NCBI GenBank assembly: GCA_012295275.1
Contig: CM022667.1
Location: forward strand, 372,001-436,000
DNA from: Chrysomallon squamiferum
Taxonomy: Eukaryota; Animalia; Mollusca
Length of the DNA stretch: 64,000 bases
Reading direction: 5' to 3'
Under the pieces are notes generated by a model. It saw only the letters and a program-made list of their open reading frames with translations, was not told the DNA's origin and ran no database searches. This document shows, in pieces, positions 27,939-41,274 of the stretch. The stretch's first letter is position 1; every line of letters starts with the position of its first letter. A program made the translations under genes and the position numbers.

Positions 27939-29029
27939 TTGGTTTGTCTTTTTCATTCTTTTAAAAATAATAAATAACATATGTTTTAGTTTTTTGTAGC
28001 AGAGTATTATTTTAAAAACCCTCTAGTTATTGTTAAAAAATATTTTAGTATCTAAGTTGTTGTCTTAAAAATAATCCAATATATTTGATTAATTGTAATG
28101 AGTGAAAAATTGTACAGGTATAATTCTAATGGTAAACATTTATTATTATTCAGGAACATTAATTTTTTTATTTTTTTTTCTCCAGTAGTTGGGGGTGTCT
28201 TTCAAATATTCTGAATAACCAGACACAAATTTTTCATGGAATACCATTAGACACTTTGATAACAGCATACATCATATTAACATATTTATTTCCATGGTCA
28301 CAAGCCTGCTTGTTCACAGGTGCCCAGGTATCTAAAGCGATTAACAGGAGTCTAAAAATAGCCACTGCTTAATCATGTGTCTGTTTATTAAGGATGGGAA
28401 GATGTAAACAAGAATATTGACTTTAAAATCCCAGTCTGATATAAACCAGCTAAGAAAACAGGAGATGCTGGCATCACCTAACTCTATTGTTTACCCCACA
28501 CAGAGATAAAAGAAAGGGTCATAAACACACATAACAGACTGACCACTTGGGACATAATGGCCCCATTGACTGACCTTTGGTCAAGTCTGGGTTGTTTTTA
28601 ATTCTGGCTATCTTGAAGCTTGCTTAAGAATAAATGTTAGGAAATAGTCCAAAAAAAAAAAAAGAGAGAATTTTTTTTTAAATGTATAACCATTGTTGAC
28701 AGGAAATGAATAAAGATCCAAATTTGAAAAAAAAAAAGAAAAAAGAAAAGAAATGTAACCTTGCTGTGAACCATATTGTGTAACCCGAGAAGGTGAATTT
28801 TATGCGTTGTGTATGTTTATGTGTGTTTTATTTATTTTTCTGAGATATTTAGGTTTAAATACAGTTTTACTTCTTTCATATAAAAACATTTTAAAATTTA
28901 AGGAATAATATTAATAATTAAATGCACGTTAAATAAATAAATTTTAAAATTTAAGGGATAATAATAATAATAATTCAATGCAAATTAAATAAATAAATAA
29001 ATGTAACAAAACAATAAAGAAGAAGAAAG

Positions 29030-29064
<35 letters not shown>

Positions 29065-32000
29065 AATAATGTATTCATATAAAATATAATGAAATATAAA
29101 TACTTAATAATTAAATAAATAACATAAAAAAAAAAATTATTTAATAAAAAATAAAATAAAAATAACATGAAATATATACAAAATAAACAAAACCCCCTAA
29201 TAACAAGGAGGAAAAACAAACGGCACAATATCATATAGCCCCAACCAGTTATGCTAATGTTTATTCAGCAGGTACAATATTTGTAGGTGGGATTATAATT
29301 GATGTAATACCTGCCGAATAGTGTGATGTTGTTAATCATCTGTTACATAAACTTGACTAACATTATAATGCAGTCAGCAACATGACATCCATAACGTTTT
29401 GAATAAATCTATATTAATATTAAAGCTCTTGGTTGTAATTTGTATAACTATGTACTGTATTTATGTAATATTAACCTGTTAATGTTATAATTTGTGATGT
29501 GTTTACTGTCATTATATAACATTAACCGTATAGTTATTATATGTGTAACACTGTACTGTCTTTTATGTAATTTTAAGCTCAAAATAATATGTGAGATACT
29601 GTTTTATGTAATGTTAAATATAATGATATTGTGTGTAACAGTGTAGTGTTATACTGGAAGAAATTAAGGATTTTGTCTTTTCTTTAATAATAACAATAAT
29701 AAAATAATAATAATAATAATAATAATAACAATAACAATAACAATAACAATAATAACAATAACAATAACAATAATAATAATAGTAACAATAATAATTTATG
29801 CTGTCAGGCAACTGTTTCAGGTTCTGTATAAAGCTACTGCTATTAAGCCATTCAGAATTAAAATTTGTATGACATGTTAATACTTTGTTTTTGTGTGTGA
29901 AATAATGTAAACTCTTGTATTAAACTGTATCTTTAATATTAATATTTTTCCCAGTAATGAAAAAGCATCTTTTAGGTTCTGAATAAAGCTGTTTTAATTA
30001 TCATTACTGTAATAATATGCATGAAACTTTAATATATTTTTGGTAAATGAATAAATGTAACTCTTAAATGTGTAACTAGTTATGTAGAAACATTTTGTTT
30101 TACCCATAAAGAATTTACTACAGCCTGCAATTAGTTATGAGCTGAAATATGATTTTAATGTTACATTTATAAATTTATATTATTAAAATAAGGCAACTGT
30201 ACCTTATTCAAAATCCTTCGAACAGACTCCAAGTCTACAGAGTTTATTTGTAAGATAAACATTCAATAAAATGTGTAAAATTTAAATTTAAAATTAATAT
30301 TAAATATACGTACACAGTTATACAGGTAAAGCTTTCTCTTTTTTTTTTTTTTATAAAATATAGGTATATATAATTACATGAATACTTGAGGTCAAAATAA
30401 TAATAAGAAAAATATAATTCAGCTGGTATTGAAAATTTTATACATTTTAGATAATCAGTTATCAAAATCTACTGTTAATTATAAATTTATTAACTTACAT
30501 CGTTACTATTACTAATTATCAAATCTTCATTATTTTAACTAACTTATAATAATTAATTTCACTTAATAAACTGTATTTGTTTTCTAACAAAATGAAACCA
30601 CGTACCTTTCCGTTGTAGCTGTACCCTCAACAGCGGCTTCGCAGTAGTCAGTGCCTTGTGGTAGTTGTCATCATTGTTGATGGGAAGGAGGTCCCCGTGG
30701 ATGGGGTCTGTATAGTTGATAACAAATGGAATGTCATGAAGTCTGTGCAAGTTCTCCAAGAGCTCCTGGAATTCTGAGAACTTGGTGTGTGTGTCATTTT
30801 TCACAGAAAAACGTCTAAACTCAGCATCAAACTGAAAACAAACAAACAGTAACAGTTAATAAAGTCACAGATTCATTTACTACAGTTGTAATTACTATAA
30901 TTACTACATAATGCTTTTGTTATTATTAATACTACTGATAACAACTGCTGTCAATATTACAATCTCTTTTATTACGGCATCTACTAATATTACATAATAT
31001 TTACAGCAATATATAAGAGTGTGTATGTGTGTTACAACTTCTGCTACAACTACTAATATTCTAATGATAAATATTACTACAACAAACAAAATTGTTATGA
31101 ATATATCTACTATTAAATCTACTACTATAAATACTACTACTAATGCAGTCATTCTAATTCTACTACTAGAACCACTACTATTAGTGATTTCAGTTATGAT
31201 TAGTTTTGCTCTTATGAATTCTTCTGCAATACTAATTCTAAAGTGATCATGAATGTAACTTCTAATTCTACTACTATTACTAATACTATTAATATAGTCC
31301 TGAATGTAATTTCTTCTAATTCTACTGCTAGAAACATTACTAACAGAGCTAGTTCTGCTATTTTATCACTTCTACAATTACTACTGTATCTGCTGTTATT
31401 ACATTGTTACTACTCCTTCTCTTTTAATGCTGAAGTTAATATAGTGATTTATACTATTACAACAACTACTACAACAACAACTAGTATTACTTCTAAACTA
31501 CTTATGTTATTTCAATCATTATTACTTATCTGCTACAGTATGACTCCTACTACAACAACTATTACTTATTCTGTTATTACAATTATTACTATTACTTCTA
31601 TTACTATTATTAGCAGTCATTTCTACTTTTATAATTGCACTTATTATTAATAATATAATACCTTTTATTACAATTAGGGCTACTTCTGCTTGTATTGATA
31701 TTATAATTTTTCTATTAACAATAATAATTCTAAATGTATATTCCATGTTTTGCTATTGTTTTTTTTTTTTTAAATTATGGTTAAACTTCATTATTATTAA
31801 AGCTTAGTTTAAAGTAATTCAAAATTATATAACAATCACTTCAAAATAGGCCTATATGAAATTTGTGTAAGCTTTTGCTTAAAACATCACAGGTACACAG
31901 AAATAAGAAATAAGCATTTAAAAATTTCCAAACAAAATTTAAGCTGACTGTGCAAACAGCTGTTGGTACCCTGCATCAGTCAGTAGTCACTGTAAATTAT

Positions 32001-32220
32001 GTAATATTATCCATAAGAATACATGTGGATATGTGTCATACATTTGTTACAAGTAATAGGATAATTAATGAACCCTATTAGTGATAGTTACATTAACGAA
32101 CCCATGCAATATACTTGTGTATGAAATGATGTGTCAACAAAATGTTACAAATAAAGATGTAGGAAAACTGGAAACAATAACAGTAATAACAATAATAACA
32201 ATAACAATAATAACAATAAT

Positions 32221-32254
<34 letters not shown>

Positions 32255-32271
32255 GCAATAGCAAAAGCATA

Positions 32272-32318
<47 letters not shown>

Positions 32319-32772
32319 TGATAATAATAACAGCAATAATGATAACAACAACAGTAATAATAATAGATATTAATAATTATAGTATTAATGATGACAACAG
32401 TAGCAGCAGCATAAGAGCAAAAATAGTAGTAACATTAGTATTAGTAGTAACAGTACTAACATTAACAATTGTATTAAGATAAGAGCAAAATTCATACAAA
32501 GGAAAGTTGGATCGATTCGTACTAAAAAAGAAAAAAAAAAAGAAAAAGAAAAAAATTTCCTTTGAAGATTAATAACTGTAAAAGAAGAAAAAAGAACACA
32601 AATCAGAAAAAAAAAAAAGACAGGTGAATCAGTGAAACTGAGACTTGCTACAATGATTATGTATGTAATTATTGAAATATTAATAATTTATATACACAAA
32701 ACTACATTTATTTTATTATTATTATTTTTTATTATTTAAATCTAACTCAAATATGGGAGTGGCTATTAGAAC

Positions 32773-32813
<41 letters not shown>

Positions 32814-35681
32814 TTTTTTTTTAATCCTTCTATTTTCATATAACATGTTGTTGTTACCTGTGAACAGGTTAAGTAGATGTTGCTCTTAGATCGTATCTTA
32901 ACGATATTATTTTCCAGGAAACACATTCTGTTTTACTGGGTCAGCATGTTTAAAATGATTCCTTTCATCTACCCTGCTTGCTGATGCAATAGATAGGTAG
33001 GCTAAGAGCTTTCAATTACTCAAGCTGAGTAAAAGTAGGTGGTTATGGTTCATTAATTATGTACACCTATTCTGGAATTGTTAAAATTCCACACAGATAT
33101 ATACAGACTGGGCTGAATTTTACGTAACAGCAACAACAATAACAATAATAATAATAATAAAAATCATATAGTGGTATCAGTAGTAATTGTAATAGAAGAA
33201 GTAGTTGCAGCAGTAGTATTTGAAGTAGTAGTTGTAGTGTTTAAACTAGTGGTAGTAGCAGTAGTAGTAATAATAACAGCAGCAACAGTAGTAATAATAA
33301 TAGTAGTGGCAGTGGTTATAATAATTACAACTGAATTTATTATTCATTTATATTAATAATCAGGTAACCAACATTAAAAAATTTTAAAATTCAAAAAAAA
33401 TTTAAAACGAATAAAAAAATAAAAAATTATAATTATTTTAATTATATTTGTAGCATTACTTAAATTACATTTGTGTTGAACATCATTTTTATTTCCCATG
33501 ATAAGCATTAATTAGTTATTTTAAATGCAAGGCCTACGACATTAAAAATTAATTAACTCATTTATATGCAGGGCTTATAAAATTACGAATTAACTAACTT
33601 CTGAATGGGCACTTTGTTATTATATTTTTATTGTTCTTAAACAGTAATCACTAAATGATAAAATTTATTGTGTTGTAGGTTTTAAAATTCTGGATTTTTT
33701 TTTTTTTTTTTTTTCAGTATTAATCATTAATTAAACTTATTGAATACTGACTATATTACATATAACATTTTTTTTTTTTTTTTTTATATGTATATATGCA
33801 TGTGTACATGAGTTTGCATGTGTATGTATTTATTTATTTATTTATATACATGCATATAGTAACTGAGTAAAGACAAATTTCATTTTTGAACATGATGAAG
33901 CATCAATTAACATGTTTTAACCTCTGAAACACTTGTTGATCCTTACAAAGAAATGACCACTGACCAAAGGATGGGTCAACCAGTTTGGTCTCTTGAGCTA
34001 ATCATTAAACCTGCTTGTTATATGATCTACACACTTCAACCCCAAGTATCATTAAAGTGCCTGAACCTCCTGACCCCTCCCCCTGCCTGGTTTCCATGAC
34101 ACTGGCCCGGTATCCATGTCAACAACAATGGAGATAACCTAAGAGAAATTAACATAGCAACTCTGGTTTACTAGCTCATAAGTTACTGGGATGAAACGGG
34201 ATACCTAATCACTGTTATTTTTGTCTTGGCTGAGAAAAAAAGAAAGAAAAAGAAAAACGAAGCAAGCTTGTTGTGAACAGGGTTTGTGTGACAACAGACA
34301 GCTCACACTAAAAATAAAAGCTAACAAACTGTTAGATCCTTTGTACAAATACATGTACTATTAATAGGAAGAACAATAATAATGTAGTACGCTTATTTTG
34401 TTCCTTTGTTAGCTTATGCATCATGTGTATTTTTATATGTTTTACATATGTAGTATTGTATTACATTAGATTATAATGCATAACATTAGATTATAATGCA
34501 TAATATAACATTACATATCTTTACCTATATATTCACAGATACAAGTGTGTGTGTGTGTGAATGTATGTGCATGCATGTGTGTGAAAAAAGTGAGAATTTT
34601 TTTTTTACAGAATGACTGAAATACTGAATAAAGGAAAAAGAATAACAGAGAATAAAGTTGAATAGAAGGAGATGTTTTAAATTCTGTCTTAAGTTTCATT
34701 CAACATGAATAAATTAACATTTATCAAAGACACTTCATGGCCATAACCAAACTCTTTTTGAAATGAGGCAAAAACTGCTGTCTTTGAAGTCTTTCTTCAC
34801 AATGATGTCGGTAGACTTCAAACGTTAACTGTAGACATAAACTAATTCATTCAGTGGATATCATTTCTATCAGAACAGAGATTTAGATTTTATATTTTTA
34901 AAATAAAATCTTTGTATAATATAAAAAAATTAAAATAATGTTTTCTAAATAAAAAAAAGGTCAATTTTGGTACGTGGCATTTGCCATATAATTAATAATT
35001 AATTTTACTGAACAAAAATATGTAGTGAAATAATTTCAGTTTAACAACTGATATGTACAACAGAAGGAAATTACCCTTAAACCAAAAAAATCTCTCCAAC
35101 AAACACACTAACATATCAACTCAGTGAACTCTAAAACAGGCCATACTAACAATAATTAATCTTAAAACAATTAACAACTGTTGAGTATAATAATTACTGA
35201 GATTACTACTATATCACAGTATATACAATATATGTATTTTTATAACAACAACAGAAGGAAAAGACCCTTAAACCAAAAACATCTTTTGAACTAACAGCGA
35301 ACCCTAAAACAGGCCATTCTAAAGATAATTAACCCTTAAACAAGCCAAGGCAGACACAACCTATATTAATTATCTTTGAACAAGACTGGCTTATTTTTGC
35401 AACAGCTTGCTCTATCTCTCATCCAGCAGCCAGTTAAATCCTTATATTTCAATATCCCAATCAAGACACATATTGAATGGCTAATTCCTTGGTTAAGTTG
35501 GTGCAGGCCTGTTCATGAATAATAGAAAAGTACATTGGCATGACACCTGTTACCAGACAAAATGGAAACAAGATGGTAGATAGCAGAATATTTAAAAAAA
35601 AATTATTTTTGTTTCTTATTCAGTGCCTTGTTGAATAAAATGTTTAAATAAGCACCTTTGACCGTTATTTGTTGGATTATG

Positions 35682-35713
<32 letters not shown>

Positions 35714-35804
35714 AGTAGAGTAGTAGCAGGACAGGATCAGTAGTAGTATCATCATTATCATCATTATCAATATTAAACAATCGATCTTGTTGTCATTGTT
35801 GTTG

Positions 35805-35845
<41 letters not shown>

Positions 35846-37472
35846 CAGTAAGGATATAAAATTTAATATAAAATTAAAATAATTATTTAGCTTGGTGGTT
35901 TATGTGTCCCTCAAACCACGGTGGGTTCAGGATCAAATCTACCGTGTTACACATATCGGGCTATTTCACATTCCAGAGATTATTACTATATCACAGTATA
36001 AGTGCTCTCCACGCCTTCAAAAAAAACCAAACACTTGCTATTATCTGATAAATATAAACAGCTCTTGATGTAACAACAAATTGTTCCTTCGCTCATATTA
36101 TTAATAAACAGTCGTAACCCTGAATATCTGACACCAAATAACCATTACAAATTGTGTGTGTATATGTTGTTACCTTGGTGTTTATTAATTCATCTTTAAC
36201 TATATTATTTTTTGATAAATGTTTATATTTAATAAAACAGCAGTGAATATGAAAGAATGATAGATTGTTTGCCTCAGGCACTTTGTTTAATTGCAGCTTT
36301 TCAATCCACTCAGAAAACATGTCAACCACCACTACTAACTGTTTATCAACCTCCATATCAAGTGTGTTAAATAATCAAACACTGTGGTATGTGCTGTCAT
36401 GATGTTAATAAGCATGTTAATAGCAATACAACATTTGATGATACTTTATGAAATAAACAGTTATGACACAGAAATAATTAATTAAATATATAATTTAAAG
36501 AAAGAAATATAATAAAGTACCTTATTAAATGAAATTATAGTTGAAAAATAATTAAATATATAATTATGAAAACTTGATTAAATATGCCACTCACATAAAT
36601 ATATAATTACAAAAATGACACTAATTAAAAAAAAAAACCAAAACTATGAGAAACAAAATATCTTATTAATTACAAAATTAAGAAAGAGATATCTTATTAA
36701 ATATACAGTATAAAAATACCTGTTAATAAATATAGTTAGAATAGCTTTTAATGCAGATACAAAAGTATAGTAAAAATTTTTTTTAAAAACAAAAACACCA
36801 CAGAACTATTACAAACACAATATCTTATTAAATACACTGTTATGAGCTATAGACATATGAATACAAATATATGACAAATATCTGATGATATGTAACCTCT
36901 CTGTAATAAGTAGGAAGTAAATTGATAATTCTAACAAAAATGCACATAAATACATCAGTCATTTATTTATTTATTTTCTTGCATTTTTCTTACTTTCTTT
37001 ATTTTTCTTCCCCCCCTGAAATTATTGCATTTTCCCACCCTTCTATTGATATTTACCTGAGCAACAATGCATATCTCATAAAACCCACCCCGCAGTCTTA
37101 TCAGAAAAAGATCAAAGACGCAAACTCGGTCTCTCTTTAAACTTTTTGTAGAAGTGTACTTAAATACACTTATACAGGTATGCATGCATTTTCACCACTG
37201 GAAACACCTCTCTTCGCTTGGTCCCTCTTTCGTGTTATAAACAGAATTTTCAAAGCATGAACCTTGGTCATTTATATACATACTAGTTATAATATACAAC
37301 TGTGTATTCGGAATTTGTTGACAAAATTCTGATTTCGACCACGAAGACGGACAGTCCCAAGTTTTGTCACCTTGTTGCACACCTGGCTGCTAATTAACTT
37401 TGTACGTACCTTACTCTTCACTTCTACAACACATATGTCACTTTTTGGCCCCGATCTACTGCTTTTGGACAT
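21061..37472 (-). CDS. PARD6: Partitioning defective protein 6 (PB1, semi-CRIB, PDZ), 320 aa
   Basis: Exons complement(join(21061..21734,30606..30831,37410..37472)), phases 0 and 1. VEVKSK|[25 protein letters not shown] (PB1), [22 protein letters not shown] (semi-CRIB), [10 protein letters not shown]...[32 protein letters not shown] (PDZ), C-terminal VVTL. Introns ~6.6 and ~8.9 kb. Confidence 0.97.
24085..24098. promoter_or_regulatory. Candidate RFX X-box GTTGCCATGACAAC in par-6 intron 2
   Basis: One mismatch from the palindromic consensus GTTGCCATGGCAAC; motif match only. Confidence 0.35.
29690..29795. repeat. (AAT)/(AAC) compound microsatellite
   Basis: Read directly from the sequence. 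Confidence 0.9.
30880..33345. repeat. Low-complexity field of degenerate trinucleotide repeats (ACT/ATT 30880-31740; AAT/AAC/AGT 32172-32460; GTA 33130-33345) in par-6 intron 1
   Basis: Read directly; gives rise to Thr/Ile/Val-rich spurious ORFs. Confidence 0.8.
35057..35343. repeat. Imperfect local duplication (~190 bp offset)
   Basis: acaacagaaggaaa..acccttaaaccaaaaa...gaac.ctaaaacaggccat.ctaa..ataattaa.ctt occurs at ~35057 and ~35248. Confidence 0.75.
35888..36017 (+). mobile_element. Decayed tRNA-derived SINE head (resembles octopod SINEs)
   Basis: A-box-like TAGCTTGGTGG and B-box-like GGATCAAATC. aaccacggtgggttcagg...cgggc...aagtgctctccac resembles my recollection of an Octopus SINE 5' region; not database-checked. 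Confidence 0.4.
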
Positions 37473-37661
37473 AATTAACACGGAAGCCCTACATCAGGGC
37501 GGCCAATTGTTAAAACAATGCGTAAAACTGTCGGTAAAGTCCTTTGCTTTTGACCCACTTGCGATCTGTGACTAACATGACTGACGTCATGATGGGAAGA
37601 ACCGTCGTTAGGGAGTAATATTTACTATAAAACCGTCATTCTTTAACAGAAAAGTTCATAT

Positions 37662-37709
<48 letters not shown>

Positions 37710-38101
37710 TTATTTTGTCATAACTTTCATAATTTATACGTTACAATAAATGAAACACGGCTAAATATTATATGTTTGTATTTATTATAAAATAAAATTG
37801 TGTATGCATGTGCATATATGTACACACACACCTAACACACACACTTACAAATACACACATACATATTCAAACTTTAAAACAAAATATCATTTTTATTTTA
37901 AATCAAAAGACTTTTAACGTTAAGTAAATACATTCATACGACAACGATTTCTCTTTCTCTTTCGTGAATAATTTTAAAAAGAAACAAAATACCTGAGTTC
38001 ACACGTGAAGGACGAAGAAAATATATAGAGTACTAGGAAGATTATCTATTTCCTTACTGAATCAAATTTATAAATGGAATATCGTTTAACTGAATCTTTG
38101 C

Positions 38102-38139
<38 letters not shown>

Positions 38140-38707
38140 AGAAGAAGAAGACAAGAAAAGAAAAAAGAAAAGAAAAAGCAAAAAAAGAAAGAACGAAAGC
38201 TAATGAAATACACTTTATCCGAAAAGTAATGGTTTATTCAAATCGCTGGACAGTCATCAAGTACTGATCTACGATGCTGAAGTACTAGCTTTAGGTTTTA
38301 TATATTTAATATATGTTAATTCAAACAAAATATTCCACAAGGCAAAAGGAGGAAATATCTTATTTAATGATACGCTCATCGTGTATAAGTCTTTATATTG
38401 TCTCACATATTGTTAAGGCCATAAATAATGGGGAGTAATTATTAAAAAAAAAAATGTTTTATGACGTTTCAATATTAAATTGTAAGTTGGTGTTTAGCTA
38501 ATACTTGAACGTTAGTGTTGTTTTACGAAAGGATACGAATTGTTCCGATAAATGCCGATTTAAATCTAATACATCTCCGAACCTATCGACGTGTTCCGAA
38601 TGGATTTGACAGGTTGTTGCCGTTTGCTTTTTATATGATGAAGCGGATTGTTACATAAAAGATCAGTCGTGTAAGTTTTATTTAACGGCGGGCATTTTCT
38701 AAATTGT
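37473..38707. promoter_or_regulatory. Divergent (candidate bidirectional) promoter region shared by par-6 and TPP1/ACD, with a palindromic CRE
   Basis: The two start codons point away from each other 1235 bp apart. TGACGTCA at 37582-37589. CpG-containing, less AT-rich patches near both ATGs, separated by (ATTT)n and a poly-A tract at ~38103-38137. Confidence 0.6.
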
Positions 38708-39623
38708 ATGATGTATAGGGGCAGGAAGAAAACACCACTGTGTAAAGAATGGATAATAAAATTTATTTTGGGCAGTGGCATTGATAATAAAATCCCACAA
38801 ATAGCGAAAGTGCTAAAGGTAAATAACTAAATTCATATGTAAAAGCATATTTACCAAACTTAAAGTGATAACGCCAATGGCGTTAATCAAAATTCAGATA
38901 CCAGTACACAAGCACTCTGCACTGTATTTGCAAAATTAAATACTATATATATATATATATATATCATAAATAATTTAATACGTAATTCAATTTTAGTCAG
39001 GTTATACATTACTGTTATGAATACAGCACTTGCTAAAGCGATCAGTGACAGTGTTTAGAAGAAAAACCCTGAAAAAAGGTTATAACTTGTTTAAGTTGTT
39101 ATAGCACTATTTTGTTTATAACCAAAAGTTGTTAGAGGTTTATCTTAAATCATAATAAATGAGACTCAATCAAATGACTTTTGTTGAATGAAGAATGAAA
39201 AACTTTTGACCTAACAACACTTCGTTTGAAAATGACGTGTCTTCTTTTCTTAAGATCAAACTCTATACAGCAATGCTGATGATTATTTAATAGTTTGTTT
39301 ACCAAACGAACTATTCTTCAGCTAATAACAAATAAGTAACTTTTCAAGCTAAAATTAATAACCAGGTGGAGGATTCTGAAATCCAAAAAGCTCTGAAACC
39401 TTAAACTTTTTCAGTAGAAATAGTAATATTTTACAGTTTTCAGTTTGTATGAATGCACAAACTTTATTTTATACATCAGATTATTTAAAACATTTAAAAT
39501 GATCATGCATGCTATTCATATTTAGATCCAATTTTTCCAGTCTCTCTCCTTTTATTCCAAAATCTGAAACACTTCCAGTCCCAATCATTTTGGATAAACA
39601 TTTTTTGAACCAAACAGGAAATA

Positions 39624-39659
<36 letters not shown>

Positions 39660-41221
39660 ATAATGGACAACTGGCTACAAAATGCATTTCTGGAGTAAAT
39701 AAATTAAAAAAAAAAAAAAAATTCTTTTCTCTTCTGCATAGATCAGAATTTATAAAAATTTAAAATTGCACAAAAACTTAATTATGGCCCTGTATGAGGA
39801 TATATCAACATTGTATTAATTTTATGCAACTTTTATTACATTTCACAGTGGACACAAAGTACCTCCTATTTGTCTCTGACCAACATTGAATAAGACCCTT
39901 TCATGTAATTTACTAGTATACCATTTGTAATCTGGACTTGGATTTGTTTTGGGTTTTTTTCAGAAGTTATATATTGTGAATATCTTTTATTACAGCATCT
40001 TCGAGGTCCAAATGAAGATGGAAGTTTGGAACGGCAAATATCAGACGGAAATGTATTCATCAAAGCTATCTTCACTGCAGATGCCATTAGAAAATTTTAT
40101 ATGAAGTAACTGTTGTGCTTAACATTTTTTAAAATTGTTTATTGTTTTTATGTTTTTGAAACAACTTTTTAATTTTTTTTTTTGTAGTGTAAAAATTCTA
40201 TAATGTAAAAAATAGGTAGTGATAAAAGCTGTAACCATGAACATTTTAAAAAGTCATAATTTAATATAAATGAAGTCATGTGTAGCTATTTATACACTAA
40301 ATGCTCAATCAGTGGGCATGAGCAGACTAACTGGAGGTGTGTTTCACTAGCTTTTTTTTTTTTTTTTTTTTTTTGTCTTATTATTCTTTTTTTAAAATTT
40401 AATATAATAATATTTTTTGTTTTTGTTTTTGTTTTTGTTTTGTCTTGTTATTATTATTTGTTTAAAATGGTAATCAGTTTCTGTTTTCTTATTCAAAGTC
40501 AGGATGAATTAAGTGTTCCAGAATGGGATAGAGCTCTGCTTTTACTAAGGCAGTATCAGCTCAATTTTGAGCCACATCCAGAAAAGGTAAATTTTTCTTG
40601 TGTTACTTTACAGTTGTCTTCATGTTAAATTATTCTTTAAATAATAAATTAGAATTTTGTAAACATTTTATAAAGCTGTTGTTTTGTTTTTTTAATTTTT
40701 GTAATCTTACAATATTAAGTCTTCTTACTGTTGTTTCAACTTATGGATGCCTATTTCATGTGTGTACGCGTGTGAGAAAGTGGGTATGCATGCATGCATG
40801 CATGCTTGCACACCCTTCATAGAAAATTAAAAATGAACATTATAACTTTTTGTTTTGTTTAGTTTCTGATACTTACAATATAGAAGGCTGTAACTGATAG
40901 CATATATATACATGTATTTGACTGTGTCTAATCCATATGCTACCCAGATATTCTATTTTAATTCATTTTGTTTGACGTGGTTGTTTTCTTTTTCACTCCA
41001 GGACCTTTGTGAGTTTTCTGTGCTTGTTGATGAATTTGTTCTTTGGTCAGCAAATCACATGTTTGACAGCAAAAATGAACTAAAAGATTGGTAATTAGTA
41101 TTTAAATTATTACACCAGTTGTTTAATCTGAAATATCAGTTAAAAAAGAATTTAAAAATCTACCTGCATTATTTAACTTTATTTTTATTACTCTTGTTTA
41201 TTTATTTACTATTTTGGCTTA

Positions 41222-41274
<53 letters not shown>

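Noticed and set aside
38671-38718. GTAAGT donor just upstream of the TPP1 ATG, suggesting an upstream exon
   Set aside because: The nearest AG would give a 48-nt intron. The ATG at 38708 already yields an N-terminus matching TPP1.
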